Below are positions 1 through 10,423 of a stretch of DNA of 64,000 nucleotides, piece after piece. Source of the DNA: Chitinophagales bacterium (lineage in GTDB: Bacteria > Bacteroidota > Bacteroidia > Chitinophagales > LD1); NCBI GenBank assembly GCA_039811145.1, contig JBDHYB010000015.1, forward strand, positions 1,350-65,349, in the 5' to 3' direction. Every line of letters starts with the position of its first letter. Positions within the stretch are counted from its first letter, which is position 1. Made by a program: the position numbers and the translations under genes. The notes beneath the pieces were generated by a model. It was given only the letters and a program-made list of their open reading frames with translations, made no database searches and was not told the DNA's origin.

Positions 1-1281
1 AACGTAGGCAAATCAACCCTATTCAACCGTTTAATCGGCGAGAAGAAAGCCATTACGCATGATATGAGCGGCGTAACGCGCGACCGTATTTACGGAGAGT
101 GCGAATGGGGCAAAAAGAAATTCAACGTAATTGATACGGGCGGTTTTGTGCCCCATTCAAAAGATGTGTTTGAAAAAGGCATACGCGAGCAGGTGCTTAT
201 AGCCATACAGGAAGCCAGCCTGCTGCTGTTTGTAGTAGATGCCCACACCGGTATGACTGCCCTCGACGATGAGTTTGCCAAGCTATTGCGCAAACACCAA
301 AAAAACGTTTTTGTAGTAGTAAACAAGGTGGATAATACCGAGCGCCTGCACGACGCCAACGAGTTTTACAGCCTGGGTATGGATAATGTATTCTTTATTG
401 CTTCTATGACGGGCTCAGGCACCGGTGAATTACTGGATGCCATTAATGAGCGCATACCCGATGAGGTGGAAGAAGATGATGAAAACGCCCCTCTTATTCC
501 AAAGGTATGCATTATAGGCCAGCCAAATGTAGGCAAGTCATCATTGGTAAATGCTTTGTTAGACGAAGAGCGCAACATTGTTACCGATATTGCCGGCACA
601 ACCCGCGATTCAGTACACAGCACTTACAACAAATTCGGCAAACAACTAATATTGATAGATACGGCCGGCATACGCGGTAAAGCCAAAGTGCAGGAAAACC
701 TGGAGTTTTTCTCCGTTATCCGTGCTGTGAAAGCGCTGGATGAGGCAGATATAGCCCTTGTGGTGCTTGATGCAACCAAAGGCATTACCCACCAGGACCT
801 CAGCATCTATAAAATGGCTATTAAAAAACGCCGGGGTATAGTAGTGGCGGTTAACAAATGGGATTTAATTGATAAGTCAACCAATACCGCCCGCGATTTT
901 GAAGCTCAGATAAAGTCAAAACTTGCTCCATTCAATAACGTGCCGGTTATCTTTATATCAGCGCTGGAAAAGCAGCGCATCTTCCGCATTATTGAAACCA
1001 TTGAGCAGGTTTATGCCAATAAAAACCGCAAAATACCTACCAGCCAGCTTAATGAAATTATGCTTAAGGCCATTGAACAGTACAGCCCACCGGCTACTGA
1101 TGGCAAGCTTATTAAGATAAAGTACGTTACTCAGTTGCCTACCCATACCCCCTCTTTTGCCTTTTTTACCAACCACCCTAAATACGTGAGGGAGGCCTAC
1201 CGAAACTACCTGGAGAACAAACTTCGGGAGAGTTTTGACTTTACCGGAGTGCCTGTGAATATCTTCTTTAGAGAGAAGTAA
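1..1281 (+). CDS. der: Ribosome biogenesis GTPase Der/EngA (5' end lies before the window)
   Basis: Frame 1 opens NVGKSTLFNRL; two G domains (DTGG, NKVD; GQPNVGKSS, DTAG, NKWD) and C-terminal KH-like YLENKLRESFDFTGVP. Confidence 0.97.
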   Translation, partial: NVGKSTLFNRLIGEKKAITHDMSGVTRDRIYGECEWGKKKFNVIDTGGFVPHSKDVFEKGIREQVLIAIQEASLLLFVVDAHTGMTALDDEFAKLLRKHQKNVFVVVNKVDNTERLHDANEFYSLGMDNVFFIASMTGSGTGELLDAINERIPDEVEEDDENAPLIPKVCIIGQPNVGKSSLVNALLDEERNIVTDIAGTTRDSVHSTYNKFGKQLILIDTAGIRGKAKVQENLEFFSVIRAVKALDEADIALVVLDATKGITHQDLSIYKMAIKKRRGIVVAVNKWDLIDKSTNTARDFEAQIKSKLAPFNNVPVIFISALEKQRIFRIIETIEQVYANKNRKIPTSQLNEIMLKAIEQYSPPATDGKLIKIKYVTQLPTHTPSFAFFTNHPKYVREAYRNYLENKLRESFDFTGVPVNIFFREK

Positions 1282-1362
1282 ACAGGACATCCTAAGGCTA
1301 ACGTGTTGATAACCATGAGGAAAAAATTTAAGGAAAACTTGGAAAAGCAGAATTTCGCTGCC

Positions 1363-1370
1363 TATATTTG
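1363..1370 (+). promoter_or_regulatory. Bacteroidota -7 promoter element (TAnnTTTG)
   Basis: TATATTTG about 40 nt upstream of the small lipoprotein start. Confidence 0.6.
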
Positions 1371-1411
1371 CCCGTCAATTTAATTAACCAATTAAAACTA
1401 AAACCAAGACA

Positions 1412-1615
1412 ATGAAAAAGTTATTTTTCGCTTTTGTTGCTGCTTCAGTTTTCGTTCTTGCTTCTTGCAACAACAAACCAGCTGAAGGTGGTGATGCTAC
1501 TCCTGCTGATTCAACTGCTGTAAGCTCTTCTGCTGCAAGCGTAAGCCCAGAGGCTGCTGCTCCTGCTGATTCTTCTGCAACTGCAACAACTGACACTGCT
1601 GCTGCTGCAAAGTAG
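1412..1615 (+). CDS. Small Ala-rich lipoprotein
   Basis: MKKLFF...LASC lipobox, low-complexity A/S/T/D tail, promoter upstream and terminator downstream. Confidence 0.85.
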   Translation: MKKLFFAFVAASVFVLASCNNKPAEGGDATPADSTAVSSSAASVSPEAAAPADSSATATTDTAAAAK

Positions 1616-1634
1616 TAGTAACCGTCTACGACAT

Positions 1635-1667
1635 AAAAAAGTCCCGAGCTTAGGCCGGGACTTTTTT
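1635..1667. terminator. Bidirectional intrinsic terminator
   Basis: AAAAAAGTCCCG-loop-CGGGACTTTTTT between convergent genes. Confidence 0.85.
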
Positions 1668-1670
1668 ATT

Positions 1671-2447
1671 TTAAAGCTCCCTGTTTGTAGCCGGTACGGC
1701 CGGTTTACTGCTAAACAATTCCTTAGGCTTTGCCTTTACCAGCCACGATATGCCGAATGCCTCCAGGCAAATGAATTCAATGGCAAACAAAAGCGATGGC
1801 CATGGCACATTCAGTAGATTGCAAATAATATAGAAGAGCAAAGCGCTCCAAATTACCGCACCGCAAATTCTGTAAATCAGTATACGCCTCTTTTTATCGG
1901 GGGTAAGGTTCTGTTTATTATCAGTTTTGGTAAACAGAAACAGCGAAACAAAACCCAAAATGATGAACAGCAGGGTTGCTGCGCCGTTATGTATCCAGCC
2001 AAACCACTCCCTATGGTCCAGGGCTACCAATTTTCCGCAAATCTCTACCGGTTTGTTATTTATCTCACATACATCCTTATCCATATTCATGGAAAACAGC
2101 GCTACTAACACGCATAAAGCGCCGGCAGTATTAAAAATTACATTCTCACTTATCAGCATTCCTTTTTTTGGATAGCCCTTGTAGGCAAACAAAAACAAGG
2201 AAACCATGCACAAACTACCCACAAACACATCGCGCATTATGGTATAGTAATATTCGCTAATGGCGCTAAGGGGGCTTGCCACATGCGATTCTAATATGCT
2301 GTAGAAAATCCAAACCACAGGAGGAAGTGCGAGGGCTATACCACCAACAATAAACTGCATGGTTTGGTACGAAATTACTTCGGGCTTTTCGTTGGGGATG
2401 CCCGTTTCCTGTTTAAATAGTTCCTTAATACCCTGCGCTCCTTTCAT
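1671..2447 (-). CDS. Integral membrane protein, DUF998-like
   Basis: About 6 hydrophobic segments; AISEYYYT..RDVFVGSL and H..AA..F motifs typical of this family. Confidence 0.6.
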   Translation of the reverse strand: MKGAQGIKELFKQETGIPNEKPEVISYQTMQFIVGGIALALPPVVWIFYSILESHVASPLSAISEYYYTIMRDVFVGSLCMVSLFLFAYKGYPKKGMLISENVIFNTAGALCVLVALFSMNMDKDVCEINNKPVEICGKLVALDHREWFGWIHNGAATLLFIILGFVSLFLFTKTDNKQNLTPDKKRRILIYRICGAVIWSALLFYIICNLLNVPWPSLLFAIEFICLEAFGISWLVKAKPKELFSSKPAVPATNREL

Positions 2448-2539
2448 ATTGAATGTTTGTTTATCCTAACTCTACAAACAAACATTTAAAATGGTGCAAT
2501 GTCAATACCTTAAAACGGGGACGGGTTTAAGCAGTAGCC

Positions 2540-4432
2540 CTACAACGCCCCTGCTTTAATCTGCTCAACAACGGAAGGGTCAAGCAAGGTGGTGGTGTCA
2601 CCTAAGTTATTGGTATCGCCTTCAGCTATTTTGCGCAGTATGCGGCGCATAATTTTGCCGCTGCGGGTTTTAGGCAGGCCGGGCACTACCTGTATTTTAT
2701 CGGGCCGTGCAAAAGGGCCTATTTTATCCGTTACAATTTTCTTCACTTCGTTGCGCAGCGCTTCTTCATCGGCAACCTTGCCATGGCAAATTACAAAGGC
2801 GTAAATACCCTGCCCCTTAATATCGTGCGGGTAACCTACTACTGCCGTTTCCACTACCTGTTCGTGCTCGTCAATAGCGTCTTCAATTTCGCCGGTGCCA
2901 ATACGGTGGCCGCTAACGTTTATTACATCATCCACCCGGCCCGTAATGCGGTAATAACCGTCTAAATCCCGGCGGCAACCATCGCCCGTAAAGTAGTAAC
3001 CGGCGTAAGTGCTAAAGTAGGTATGCTTAAAGCGGTTGTGGTCGCCATACACCGTGCGCGCCATACCCGGCCATGGAAATTTAATACAAAGGTTACCCTC
3101 CACCCCATTGCCGCCTATCTCCTCTCCTTTTTCGTTCAACAGCACAGGCTGCACACCCGGCATAGGCAGCGTAGCAAAGCTGGGTTTTAAGGGCGTTACA
3201 GTAGCCATGGGCGATATAAGCACGCCTCCTGTTTCCGTTTGCCACCAGGTATCTACAATATCGCAACGGCCTTTACCTACGTTGTGGTGGTACCATTCCC
3301 ATGCTTCCTCGTTTATGGGTTCGCCAACAGTGCCCAACACGCGCAGGCTGCTCAGGTCTTTTGTTTTAAACAATTCCGTGCCGTAGGTTTCCAAGGAGCG
3401 TATGGCAGTAGGCGCAGTATAAAAGATGTTTACCTTGTGCTTATCCACTACATCCCAAAAGCGGCCGGCATCAGGGTAAGTGGGTATGCCTTCAAACATT
3501 ACCGTAGTAGCGCCATTCAGCAAAGGGCCATATACCAAATAGCTATGCCCTGTAACCCAACCTACATCGGCGGTGCAAAAGAATACTTCACCTGCTTGGT
3601 AGTTGAAAACATTTAAAAACGTATAGCCCACATACACCATATAACCCGCTGTAGTATGCAATACGCCCTTTGGTTTACCGGTTGAGCCTGAGGTGTAGAG
3701 AATAAACAGAGGGTCTTCAGCATGTATGGCTGCAGGCTCGCAGCTTGTTGAAGCGTCCTGCAACAGTTCATGCCACCATAAATCGCGGCCGCCTTTCATG
3801 TTTACGGGGTTGTTGCGATGGTTATACACTACACAGCTTTTAATAGTTGGCGTATGCTGCAGGGCATCATCCACTATTTTCTTTAAATCAATTTTCTTTT
3901 CTCCGCGGTACACAGCATCGGCAGTTAACAGTATGGTGCAGCCGCTATCGTTTATCCTATCACTTAAAGATTGGCTGCTAAAACCTGCAAACACTACTGA
4001 ATGCACGGCACCAATACGGGCGCAGGCCAGCATGGCAATAGCGGCTTCAGGTACCATGGGCAGGTAAATGCAAACGCGGTCGCCTTTTTTAACGCCCAGG
4101 GTGCGCAGCACATTGGCAAAGCGGCAGACTTCAGTATGCAATTGCTTATAGGTTAAAGTGCGGCTTTTTTCTTTGGGGTCATTAGGTTCCCATATAATAG
4201 CTACTTGTTCTCCCTTTTCGGCTAAGTGGCGGTCAATACAGTTCTCACTCAGGTTAACCAAAGCATCATCAAACCAGCGCACACTTGGTTCTTCAAAGTT
4301 CCAGTTTAAAACACTATCCCACTTGCGTTGCCAGCTAAAGCTTTCGGCTACCTCTGCCCAAAACTTTTTGGGGTCTTCAATACTGGCTTTATAGGTTTCT
4401 TTATACTCCTCGAAGGTTCTGATCTGTTTCAT
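2540..4432 (-). CDS. acs: Acetyl-CoA synthetase
   Basis: YTSGSTGKPKG AMP-binding motif, DTWWQTETGG, PKTRSGKIMRRILRK. Confidence 0.97.
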   Translation of the reverse strand: MKQIRTFEEYKETYKASIEDPKKFWAEVAESFSWQRKWDSVLNWNFEEPSVRWFDDALVNLSENCIDRHLAEKGEQVAIIWEPNDPKEKSRTLTYKQLHTEVCRFANVLRTLGVKKGDRVCIYLPMVPEAAIAMLACARIGAVHSVVFAGFSSQSLSDRINDSGCTILLTADAVYRGEKKIDLKKIVDDALQHTPTIKSCVVYNHRNNPVNMKGGRDLWWHELLQDASTSCEPAAIHAEDPLFILYTSGSTGKPKGVLHTTAGYMVYVGYTFLNVFNYQAGEVFFCTADVGWVTGHSYLVYGPLLNGATTVMFEGIPTYPDAGRFWDVVDKHKVNIFYTAPTAIRSLETYGTELFKTKDLSSLRVLGTVGEPINEEAWEWYHHNVGKGRCDIVDTWWQTETGGVLISPMATVTPLKPSFATLPMPGVQPVLLNEKGEEIGGNGVEGNLCIKFPWPGMARTVYGDHNRFKHTYFSTYAGYYFTGDGCRRDLDGYYRITGRVDDVINVSGHRIGTGEIEDAIDEHEQVVETAVVGYPHDIKGQGIYAFVICHGKVADEEALRNEVKKIVTDKIGPFARPDKIQVVPGLPKTRSGKIMRRILRKIAEGDTNNLGDTTTLLDPSVVEQIKAGAL

Positions 4433-4512
4433 GCCACGCACTTTACTACATAGGTAGTAAATTTAGCAGAAGTAAATTTCAGGACTAATAGTGCTATAAA
4501 ACAAAGCGAACG

Positions 4513-5823
4513 CTACTCAAACCTGATGGCCTTAACCGGAGAGATACGCGAGATGAGCATGGAAGGCAGCAACAGCAGCACTAGTGTTGTAATGATGGTA
4601 CCTGCATTGATGGCTAAAATCCACCACCAGTTCATTTCAACCGGGGCGTAAGAGAGATAGTACGATTCCTGCGGCAAGGTTAGTAGATGAAAGTGCGATT
4701 GCACAAGACAGATGCCTATACCGGCAATGTTACCAATAAGTAGACCTACCCCGATTATAACCGCACTATAATAGAGGAATATGCGGCGCACCGATAGATT
4801 GTTGGCTCCAAGGGCTTTCATAATACCTATCATGTTGGTGCGCTCTAATATCAAAATCAGCAGGGCGGTAATCATGTTAATGGCTGCCACCACAATCATT
4901 AATATCAGAATGATCATTTCGTTCATGGTTTGTAGGTCCAGCCAATCGAAAATGCCGGGGCTAAGTGTTTTAATATTCTCTACATCCAGTTCCGGGTTAT
5001 TGATGCGGGTGTTTACCTCCTCGCCTATTTTTTCAATGGGGTCTTTTGCGGCTTCGGCTAAGGCCTCTTCATCCATGCCTCCACCAAATAAAGCCAGGTA
5101 ATATGCTTTCAACCGGCTCTTGAACAGGTTCTCATCCTTTAAAAAAATCTCAAAGCCCCCAACACTATCCGGCCCCCAGTGGTTCAAGTCCTGAATTACC
5201 GATATATCTACCAGCGCATACTTTTTATCAAAGTCCTCCAACCCCGTTTCGTAAATGCCTTTTACATAAAAGCGGCGTTCGCGTATGCGGTTGCCCATAA
5301 AGCTTACAATCAGCTTATCCTTCAATTTCAATTGCAGCCTGTCGGCAGTAGCTTTCGAAATCAGTATGTCCTTTTGCGCATCCTCTCCGCTTTCGGCGTT
5401 TATCTTCTCTCCTTGTTTCAAGTAAGGTTCAAAGTTCTTCCAATCAAAATCTTTGCCTACACCTTTAAGCACTACGCCTTCAAAATCTTCATCGGTTTTA
5501 AGCAGCCCGCCCTTTAGTGCGGTTACCTGTATGTGGCGCGCTTCGGGTATAAGGTTCTTATCCTTGTAAAAATCCTGGTAGCGGTAAACGCCCTCCTCCT
5601 GCAAACTGTTCGAAAGGCTATAGGGCACTATTTGCAGGTGGCTCCAAAAGCTTAGCACCTTATGGCGTATCTCTTTCTGAAAGCCATTTACCATGCTGGT
5701 GGCAATAATCATGGTGGCAAGGCTTAAAGTAACCGCTGTAATAGCAATAGCGATAATGAAAGAGGAAAAGCTCTTTTTACCGCTAAAGGCAATTTTGCGC
5801 ACTATGAAAAATTCCAGATTCAC
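4513..5823 (-). CDS. LolC/E (FtsX-family) ABC permease, lipoprotein release
   Basis: N-terminal TM, periplasmic domain, ILERTNMIGIMKALGA, C-terminal ISPVKAIRFE. Confidence 0.88.
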   Translation of the reverse strand: MNLEFFIVRKIAFSGKKSFSSFIIAIAITAVTLSLATMIIATSMVNGFQKEIRHKVLSFWSHLQIVPYSLSNSLQEEGVYRYQDFYKDKNLIPEARHIQVTALKGGLLKTDEDFEGVVLKGVGKDFDWKNFEPYLKQGEKINAESGEDAQKDILISKATADRLQLKLKDKLIVSFMGNRIRERRFYVKGIYETGLEDFDKKYALVDISVIQDLNHWGPDSVGGFEIFLKDENLFKSRLKAYYLALFGGGMDEEALAEAAKDPIEKIGEEVNTRINNPELDVENIKTLSPGIFDWLDLQTMNEMIILILMIVVAAINMITALLILILERTNMIGIMKALGANNLSVRRIFLYYSAVIIGVGLLIGNIAGIGICLVQSHFHLLTLPQESYYLSYAPVEMNWWWILAINAGTIITTLVLLLLPSMLISRISPVKAIRFE

Positions 5824-5929
5824 CCTTGCTTGTTGCTTGGCGCAAATATATCAGAATAAGCTACGTTGAATCCTTATTAAGTCAGGCACTTAAACCTTTG
5901 TGGACAGTGCACAGTCTTAAAACCATAGT

Positions 5930-7159
5930 ATGCCTATTTTTAGCCCATTGAAAACTATGCTGCAAAAACTAATCGCTTCCGTATTCCTTTTCGGGGTAAT
6001 ATCCTGTAACGGCCAACCGCCTATGATGAGCAAACCTGAACCCGCTTTAGGCGAAAACCAGCTTGTTACCGGTGCAGAGAACATGGAGAAGTATTTACCC
6101 TTGCTGCGCGATAAACGCGTGGCCTTGCTGGTAAACCAAACGGCACGGGTGGGCGAAACACATTTGGTTGATACACTGCTAAGCTTAGGTATAAAAATAC
6201 AGAAGGTGTTTGGGCCGGAACACGGCTTCCGTGGCGCAGCCGATGCAGGGGAGCATGTAGATAATGCAACAGATAAGAAAACAGGCCTGCCCATAGTATC
6301 GCTTTACGGCAGTAAGAAAGCGCCTTCTAAAGAAGACCTGGCGGATGTGGATGTTGTGATTTTTGATATACAGGATGTAGGCGTGCGCTTCTTTACTTTC
6401 ATTTCCTCTCTGCATTATTTAATGGAGGCTTGTGCCGATAATGACAAGGACTTGATTGTACTGGACCGCCCCAATCCTAACGGCTGGTATATTGATGGCC
6501 CTGTGCTTAAAAAGGAGTTTCAATCGTTTGTTGGCGTTGACCCCATACCCGTAGTGCACGGATTAACGGTTGGCGAATATGCCAACATGGTAAATGGCGA
6601 GGGTTGGCTTGGTGCAGGCAAGCAATGCCGCTTATCTGTTATAACCTGCACCGGCTACCGCCACAAAATGCATTATAGTTTGCCGGTAAAGCCATCGCCT
6701 AATTTACCTAATGATGCGGCTGTATATTTATACCCAAGCATCTGCTACTTTGAAGGAACTGACGTTTCCGTGGGAAGAGGAACCGATTATCCATTTCAGG
6801 TAGTGGGTTCGCCAAAGGTGTTGGACATGCCATTCAGCTTTACACCCGAAAGCAAACCGGGGGCTAAAACACCGCCTCACCTTAACGAAAAATGCTTTGG
6901 GCTTGACCTGCGCAAGGTGGATATTAAAAAGCCGGGTATAGACCTTAGTTATCTGCAAAAAATGTATGAAGCGCATACGGATAAGGAGCATTTCTTTTTA
7001 GCGAATAACTTTTTTGAAAAGCTGGCAGGTACAGCCGACCTCCGGAAACAGTTGCAAAGCAAAACCCCTGATGGCGATATAAAAGCCGGCTGGCGTAAGG
7101 ACCTTGAGGACTACAAGGCCATGAGAAGAAAATACCTGCTATACCCCGATTTTGAGTAA
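5930..7159 (+). CDS. DUF1343/NamZ-family exo-beta-N-acetylmuramidase, lipoprotein
   Basis: FGPEHGFRG, SLYG, FDIQDVGVRFFT, LDRPNPNG, PSPNLP, SVGRGT motifs; lipobox VISC. Confidence 0.9.
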   Translation: MPIFSPLKTMLQKLIASVFLFGVISCNGQPPMMSKPEPALGENQLVTGAENMEKYLPLLRDKRVALLVNQTARVGETHLVDTLLSLGIKIQKVFGPEHGFRGAADAGEHVDNATDKKTGLPIVSLYGSKKAPSKEDLADVDVVIFDIQDVGVRFFTFISSLHYLMEACADNDKDLIVLDRPNPNGWYIDGPVLKKEFQSFVGVDPIPVVHGLTVGEYANMVNGEGWLGAGKQCRLSVITCTGYRHKMHYSLPVKPSPNLPNDAAVYLYPSICYFEGTDVSVGRGTDYPFQVVGSPKVLDMPFSFTPESKPGAKTPPHLNEKCFGLDLRKVDIKKPGIDLSYLQKMYEAHTDKEHFFLANNFFEKLAGTADLRKQLQSKTPDGDIKAGWRKDLEDYKAMRRKYLLYPDFE

Positions 7160-7179
7160 TTGGTTTACGTTTGCGCCCA

Positions 7180-8094
7180 ATGAAGAAGCTGCGAATTGTA
7201 TTTATGGGCACACCCGAGTTTGCCGTTGCCATACTGGATGCTTTGCTTAACAGCACGCATGAGGTAGTTGGCGTTATTACCGCACCCGATAAACCCGCGG
7301 GCAGGGGCATGCAGTTGAACCAAAGCGAGGTTAAAAAATTTGCAGTAAGCAAAGGGCTCCACATCCTGCAGCCGGAAAAACTGAAGAACGAAAATTTTCT
7401 GACAGAACTGCGAGCCCTTAACGCTGATTTGTTTGTGGTAGTAGCGTTCCGTATGCTGCCTGAAGCGGTTTGGAACATGCCCCCTTTAGGCACTATTAAC
7501 CTTCACGCCTCCTTACTACCGCAATACCGTGGCGCAGCCCCTATTAACTGGGCGGTTATTAACGGAGAGAAAGAAACGGGGGTTACCACCTTCTTTTTAC
7601 AACATGAAATAGATACAGGTAAAATCATTTTTCAGGAGAAAGTGGAGATACGCGAAAGCGAAACTGCCGGTGAGTTATATGATGAGTTGATGGTGTTAGG
7701 CGCTAACGTTATGCGCAAAACCGTTGATGCCATTGCTGAAGGCAATTACCCGCAAATACCGCAGGACCACATACGCGATATTAAACACGCCCCCAAAATA
7801 TTTAAGGAGGATTGCGTAATTGATTGGCAGAAAGATTGCTCTTCAGTTTATAATTTTATACGTGGCCTTTGCCCCTACCCTGCTGCCTATACCTTGCTTA
7901 ACGGCAAAGTGTTTAAGATATATTCTGCCAGAAAAATAGATGGAAGCGGCTCACCCGGCACTTATAAAACTGACGGCACCACCTACCTGCATTTTTATTG
8001 CAGCACCGGGGCTATTGAAGTTTTGGATTGCCAGATGGAAGGCAAAAAGAAAATGAGTGTGGGTGAATTTCTGCGCGGTTATAAACTACTGTAA
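7180..8094 (+). CDS. fmt: Methionyl-tRNA formyltransferase
   Basis: FMGTPEFAV, NLHASLLPQYRGAAPINWA. Confidence 0.97.
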   Translation: MKKLRIVFMGTPEFAVAILDALLNSTHEVVGVITAPDKPAGRGMQLNQSEVKKFAVSKGLHILQPEKLKNENFLTELRALNADLFVVVAFRMLPEAVWNMPPLGTINLHASLLPQYRGAAPINWAVINGEKETGVTTFFLQHEIDTGKIIFQEKVEIRESETAGELYDELMVLGANVMRKTVDAIAEGNYPQIPQDHIRDIKHAPKIFKEDCVIDWQKDCSSVYNFIRGLCPYPAAYTLLNGKVFKIYSARKIDGSGSPGTYKTDGTTYLHFYCSTGAIEVLDCQMEGKKKMSVGEFLRGYKLL

Positions 8095-8391
8095 CTAGTT
8101 CAACGAGATTGACGGAATAAGCACCATGGCTGATTCGTGCAACATTAACTCGTGAATGTTGTAGGTAATGTAACGCAGTATCGGGAACTTACGGATAATG
8201 CCATCCACTTCAGCCATATTTTCGGCTGCTACTGATACCCACAGCTTGCTTCTGTCAGCAGTTAAGGAATAGCCTGTAATAGTGCCTTTATCAAACATCT
8301 GGTTTACAAACTCTCTTTGCTTAGGAATCAGGTCCATAAAATCGGGGCCCATAAACGCGGGCAACTCAATCTCCACCATATAATTATTCAT
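8095..8391 (-). CDS. Small dimeric alpha/beta-barrel protein (muconolactone isomerase/YciI-like)
   Basis: YMVEIELP...QREFVNQMF..G.I..YSL..DRSKLW pattern; start placed at MNNYM. Confidence 0.6.
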   Translation of the reverse strand: MNNYMVEIELPAFMGPDFMDLIPKQREFVNQMFDKGTITGYSLTADRSKLWVSVAAENMAEVDGIIRKFPILRYITYNIHELMLHESAMVLIPSISLN

Positions 8392-8461
8392 ACACGCATG
8401 CTTATTCTGTGAAAGTAGGGGAATTTTCCGGCCTTGCAACTGCAATTAGCTACAACAATTG

Positions 8462-9406
8462 CTAAAACCAGCGCTTACGGATAAAGAATACACCCATTAA
8501 CAGCATACTAACTATACAAATGCTGAAAACCACTACAAAAGCGTAAGGATGGCTTTCGCCGGGTAGGGTAACGTTCATGCCAAAAATGCTGGCTATCAAC
8601 ATAGGCACCGTAAGCAAGATGGTTACCGAAGTAAGGCGCTTCATTATCTCATTCAGGTTGTTTGAGATGATAGAGGCAAAGGCATCCATAGTGCCGTTCA
8701 AAATGTCGGAATACATTTCACTGGTACCAAGGGCCTGCTGGTTATCTACAATTATGTCGCGCAGGTAATCAAGGCGGTCTTCATCCTGTATTTTAAGGAA
8801 GTTGCTGCGCTGCATTTTAAGCAGCAACAGGTCATTAGCGCGCAGGTTGGTAACAAAGTAAATAAGGCTTTTTTGCACATTCAGCAACTTAAACAGGTCC
8901 TCGTTGCGCGAAGAAGTGTATAAGGCCTTTTCGTAAGAATAGCGCTTGTTATTAAGGGTACGCAGCGATTCAGAGAAGGAAGCCACATTCTTATCCAGCA
9001 TCAACAACACAAACATTTCCTGGTCGTGGGTGTAGAAGTTCTTCGGCGGATTCTTCATGAAACTTTCAATAACCGCATTTTTATGCGCGCTAACTGTAAC
9101 CATGTAATCCGGCGTGCGGATAATACCGATAGGAATGGTAATTATCATAGCCTCCGAATCGGAAAGGCCCTCGTTTTGCACCGGCGTTTGCAACACTATT
9201 AAATCCTTACCCTCGTCACTTTCGTAACGGCTGCGTTCGTCAATATCTAAGGAATCGGTAATAAAATCGATGTCAATAGCCAGCTGTTCGCTAAGCTTCT
9301 GGGTTTCTTCAGTTCCGAATGGACCGTACACATGTATCCAACAGCCCTTTTCGGGACCACTGAGCCGTTTCAGTTCTCCGTTCTCTTTTTTCAGGTAAAC
9401 TACCAT
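8462..9406 (-). CDS. corA: CorA-family Mg2+/divalent cation transporter
   Basis: SIISNNLNEIMKRLT, FGMN signature, two C-terminal TM helices. Confidence 0.92.
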   Translation of the reverse strand: MVVYLKKENGELKRLSGPEKGCWIHVYGPFGTEETQKLSEQLAIDIDFITDSLDIDERSRYESDEGKDLIVLQTPVQNEGLSDSEAMIITIPIGIIRTPDYMVTVSAHKNAVIESFMKNPPKNFYTHDQEMFVLLMLDKNVASFSESLRTLNNKRYSYEKALYTSSRNEDLFKLLNVQKSLIYFVTNLRANDLLLLKMQRSNFLKIQDEDRLDYLRDIIVDNQQALGTSEMYSDILNGTMDAFASIISNNLNEIMKRLTSVTILLTVPMLIASIFGMNVTLPGESHPYAFVVVFSICIVSMLLMGVFFIRKRWF

Positions 9407-9526
9407 CGTCCATTTATAACAGGGTGTTGGTTAAAGCGCGGCAAATTTAACCCACTATATTAAAACCAAAAAGAAAGGGGAACTTTTTTACCCTAAAAAG
9501 GAAGATTTAACCCAAAGGTAATCTGC

Positions 9527-10303
9527 TTAAATTTCAATTGTACCTTCAAATACTTTTAGGGCCGGGCCAATAAGGTAAATATCGGTAAAGCCTGCACCAT
9601 TGCGCTTAAACTTAACTTCCAGGTTTCCCCCTATGGCATTAACGCGCACGCGGCCTACTTCGCCTTCCTGCGCGCCGGCAAATACCAGTGCCGAGGCCAC
9701 CACCCCGGTACCGCAACTCAGGGTTTCGTCCTCCACTCCCCTTTCATAGGTGCGTACGAATATTTCTCCGGCTTTGGGTTCTACAAAGTTTACATTAATG
9801 CCTTCCTCCTTAAATTTTTCGGAGTAGCGAATTTCGCGGGCGGCCTGCACTATAGGCAGGGTAGCTACATCAGTTGTAATTTTTACATAATGTGGTGAGC
9901 CGGTGTTCAGCACGTAGTCGTTATTAAACCGCTCTATGCTGTCCACATCCTTCATCTTCAGCGAAATTCTGCCATCAGGAAGTATCTCACCTTCGTGCCC
10001 ACCGTCAATTGCTAAAAAAAAGCACTTTTGATTGATAACCCCAAGCTGCTGCGCAAAGCGTATCAAACAGCGCCCCCCGTTGCCACACATAGTGCTCTCG
10101 TTGCCATCGCTGTTAAAGTAAACCATCTCAAAATCATAGCCTTTGCGCTCCTGCAGGTAAATAAGCCCATCAGCCCCAATACCCATGTGGCGATTGCACA
10201 ATTTTTCTACCAGGGCACGTTCCTTGTTTAAACCTAAAGCCCGGTTATCAATCATAATAAAATCGTTGCCGGTGCCCTGGTATTTATAGAATTTAACGGT
10301 CAT
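9527..10303 (-). CDS. dapF: Diaminopimelate epimerase
   Basis: YQGTGNDF, MCGNGGRC, RTYERGVEDETLSCGTG. Confidence 0.97.
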   Translation of the reverse strand: MTVKFYKYQGTGNDFIMIDNRALGLNKERALVEKLCNRHMGIGADGLIYLQERKGYDFEMVYFNSDGNESTMCGNGGRCLIRFAQQLGVINQKCFFLAIDGGHEGEILPDGRISLKMKDVDSIERFNNDYVLNTGSPHYVKITTDVATLPIVQAAREIRYSEKFKEEGINVNFVEPKAGEIFVRTYERGVEDETLSCGTGVVASALVFAGAQEGEVGRVRVNAIGGNLEVKFKRNGAGFTDIYLIGPALKVFEGTIEI

Positions 10304-10423
10304 TTAAGCTGGATGTTAAAACAGGTTAAGCAATTGAAACTTAAGTTGTAAAATCAACTACAAAGAAAATAACTTTGGAGAGTGAATCGTTTTTACGCTA
10401 ACTAAAAAATTTGATTTAAGGTT

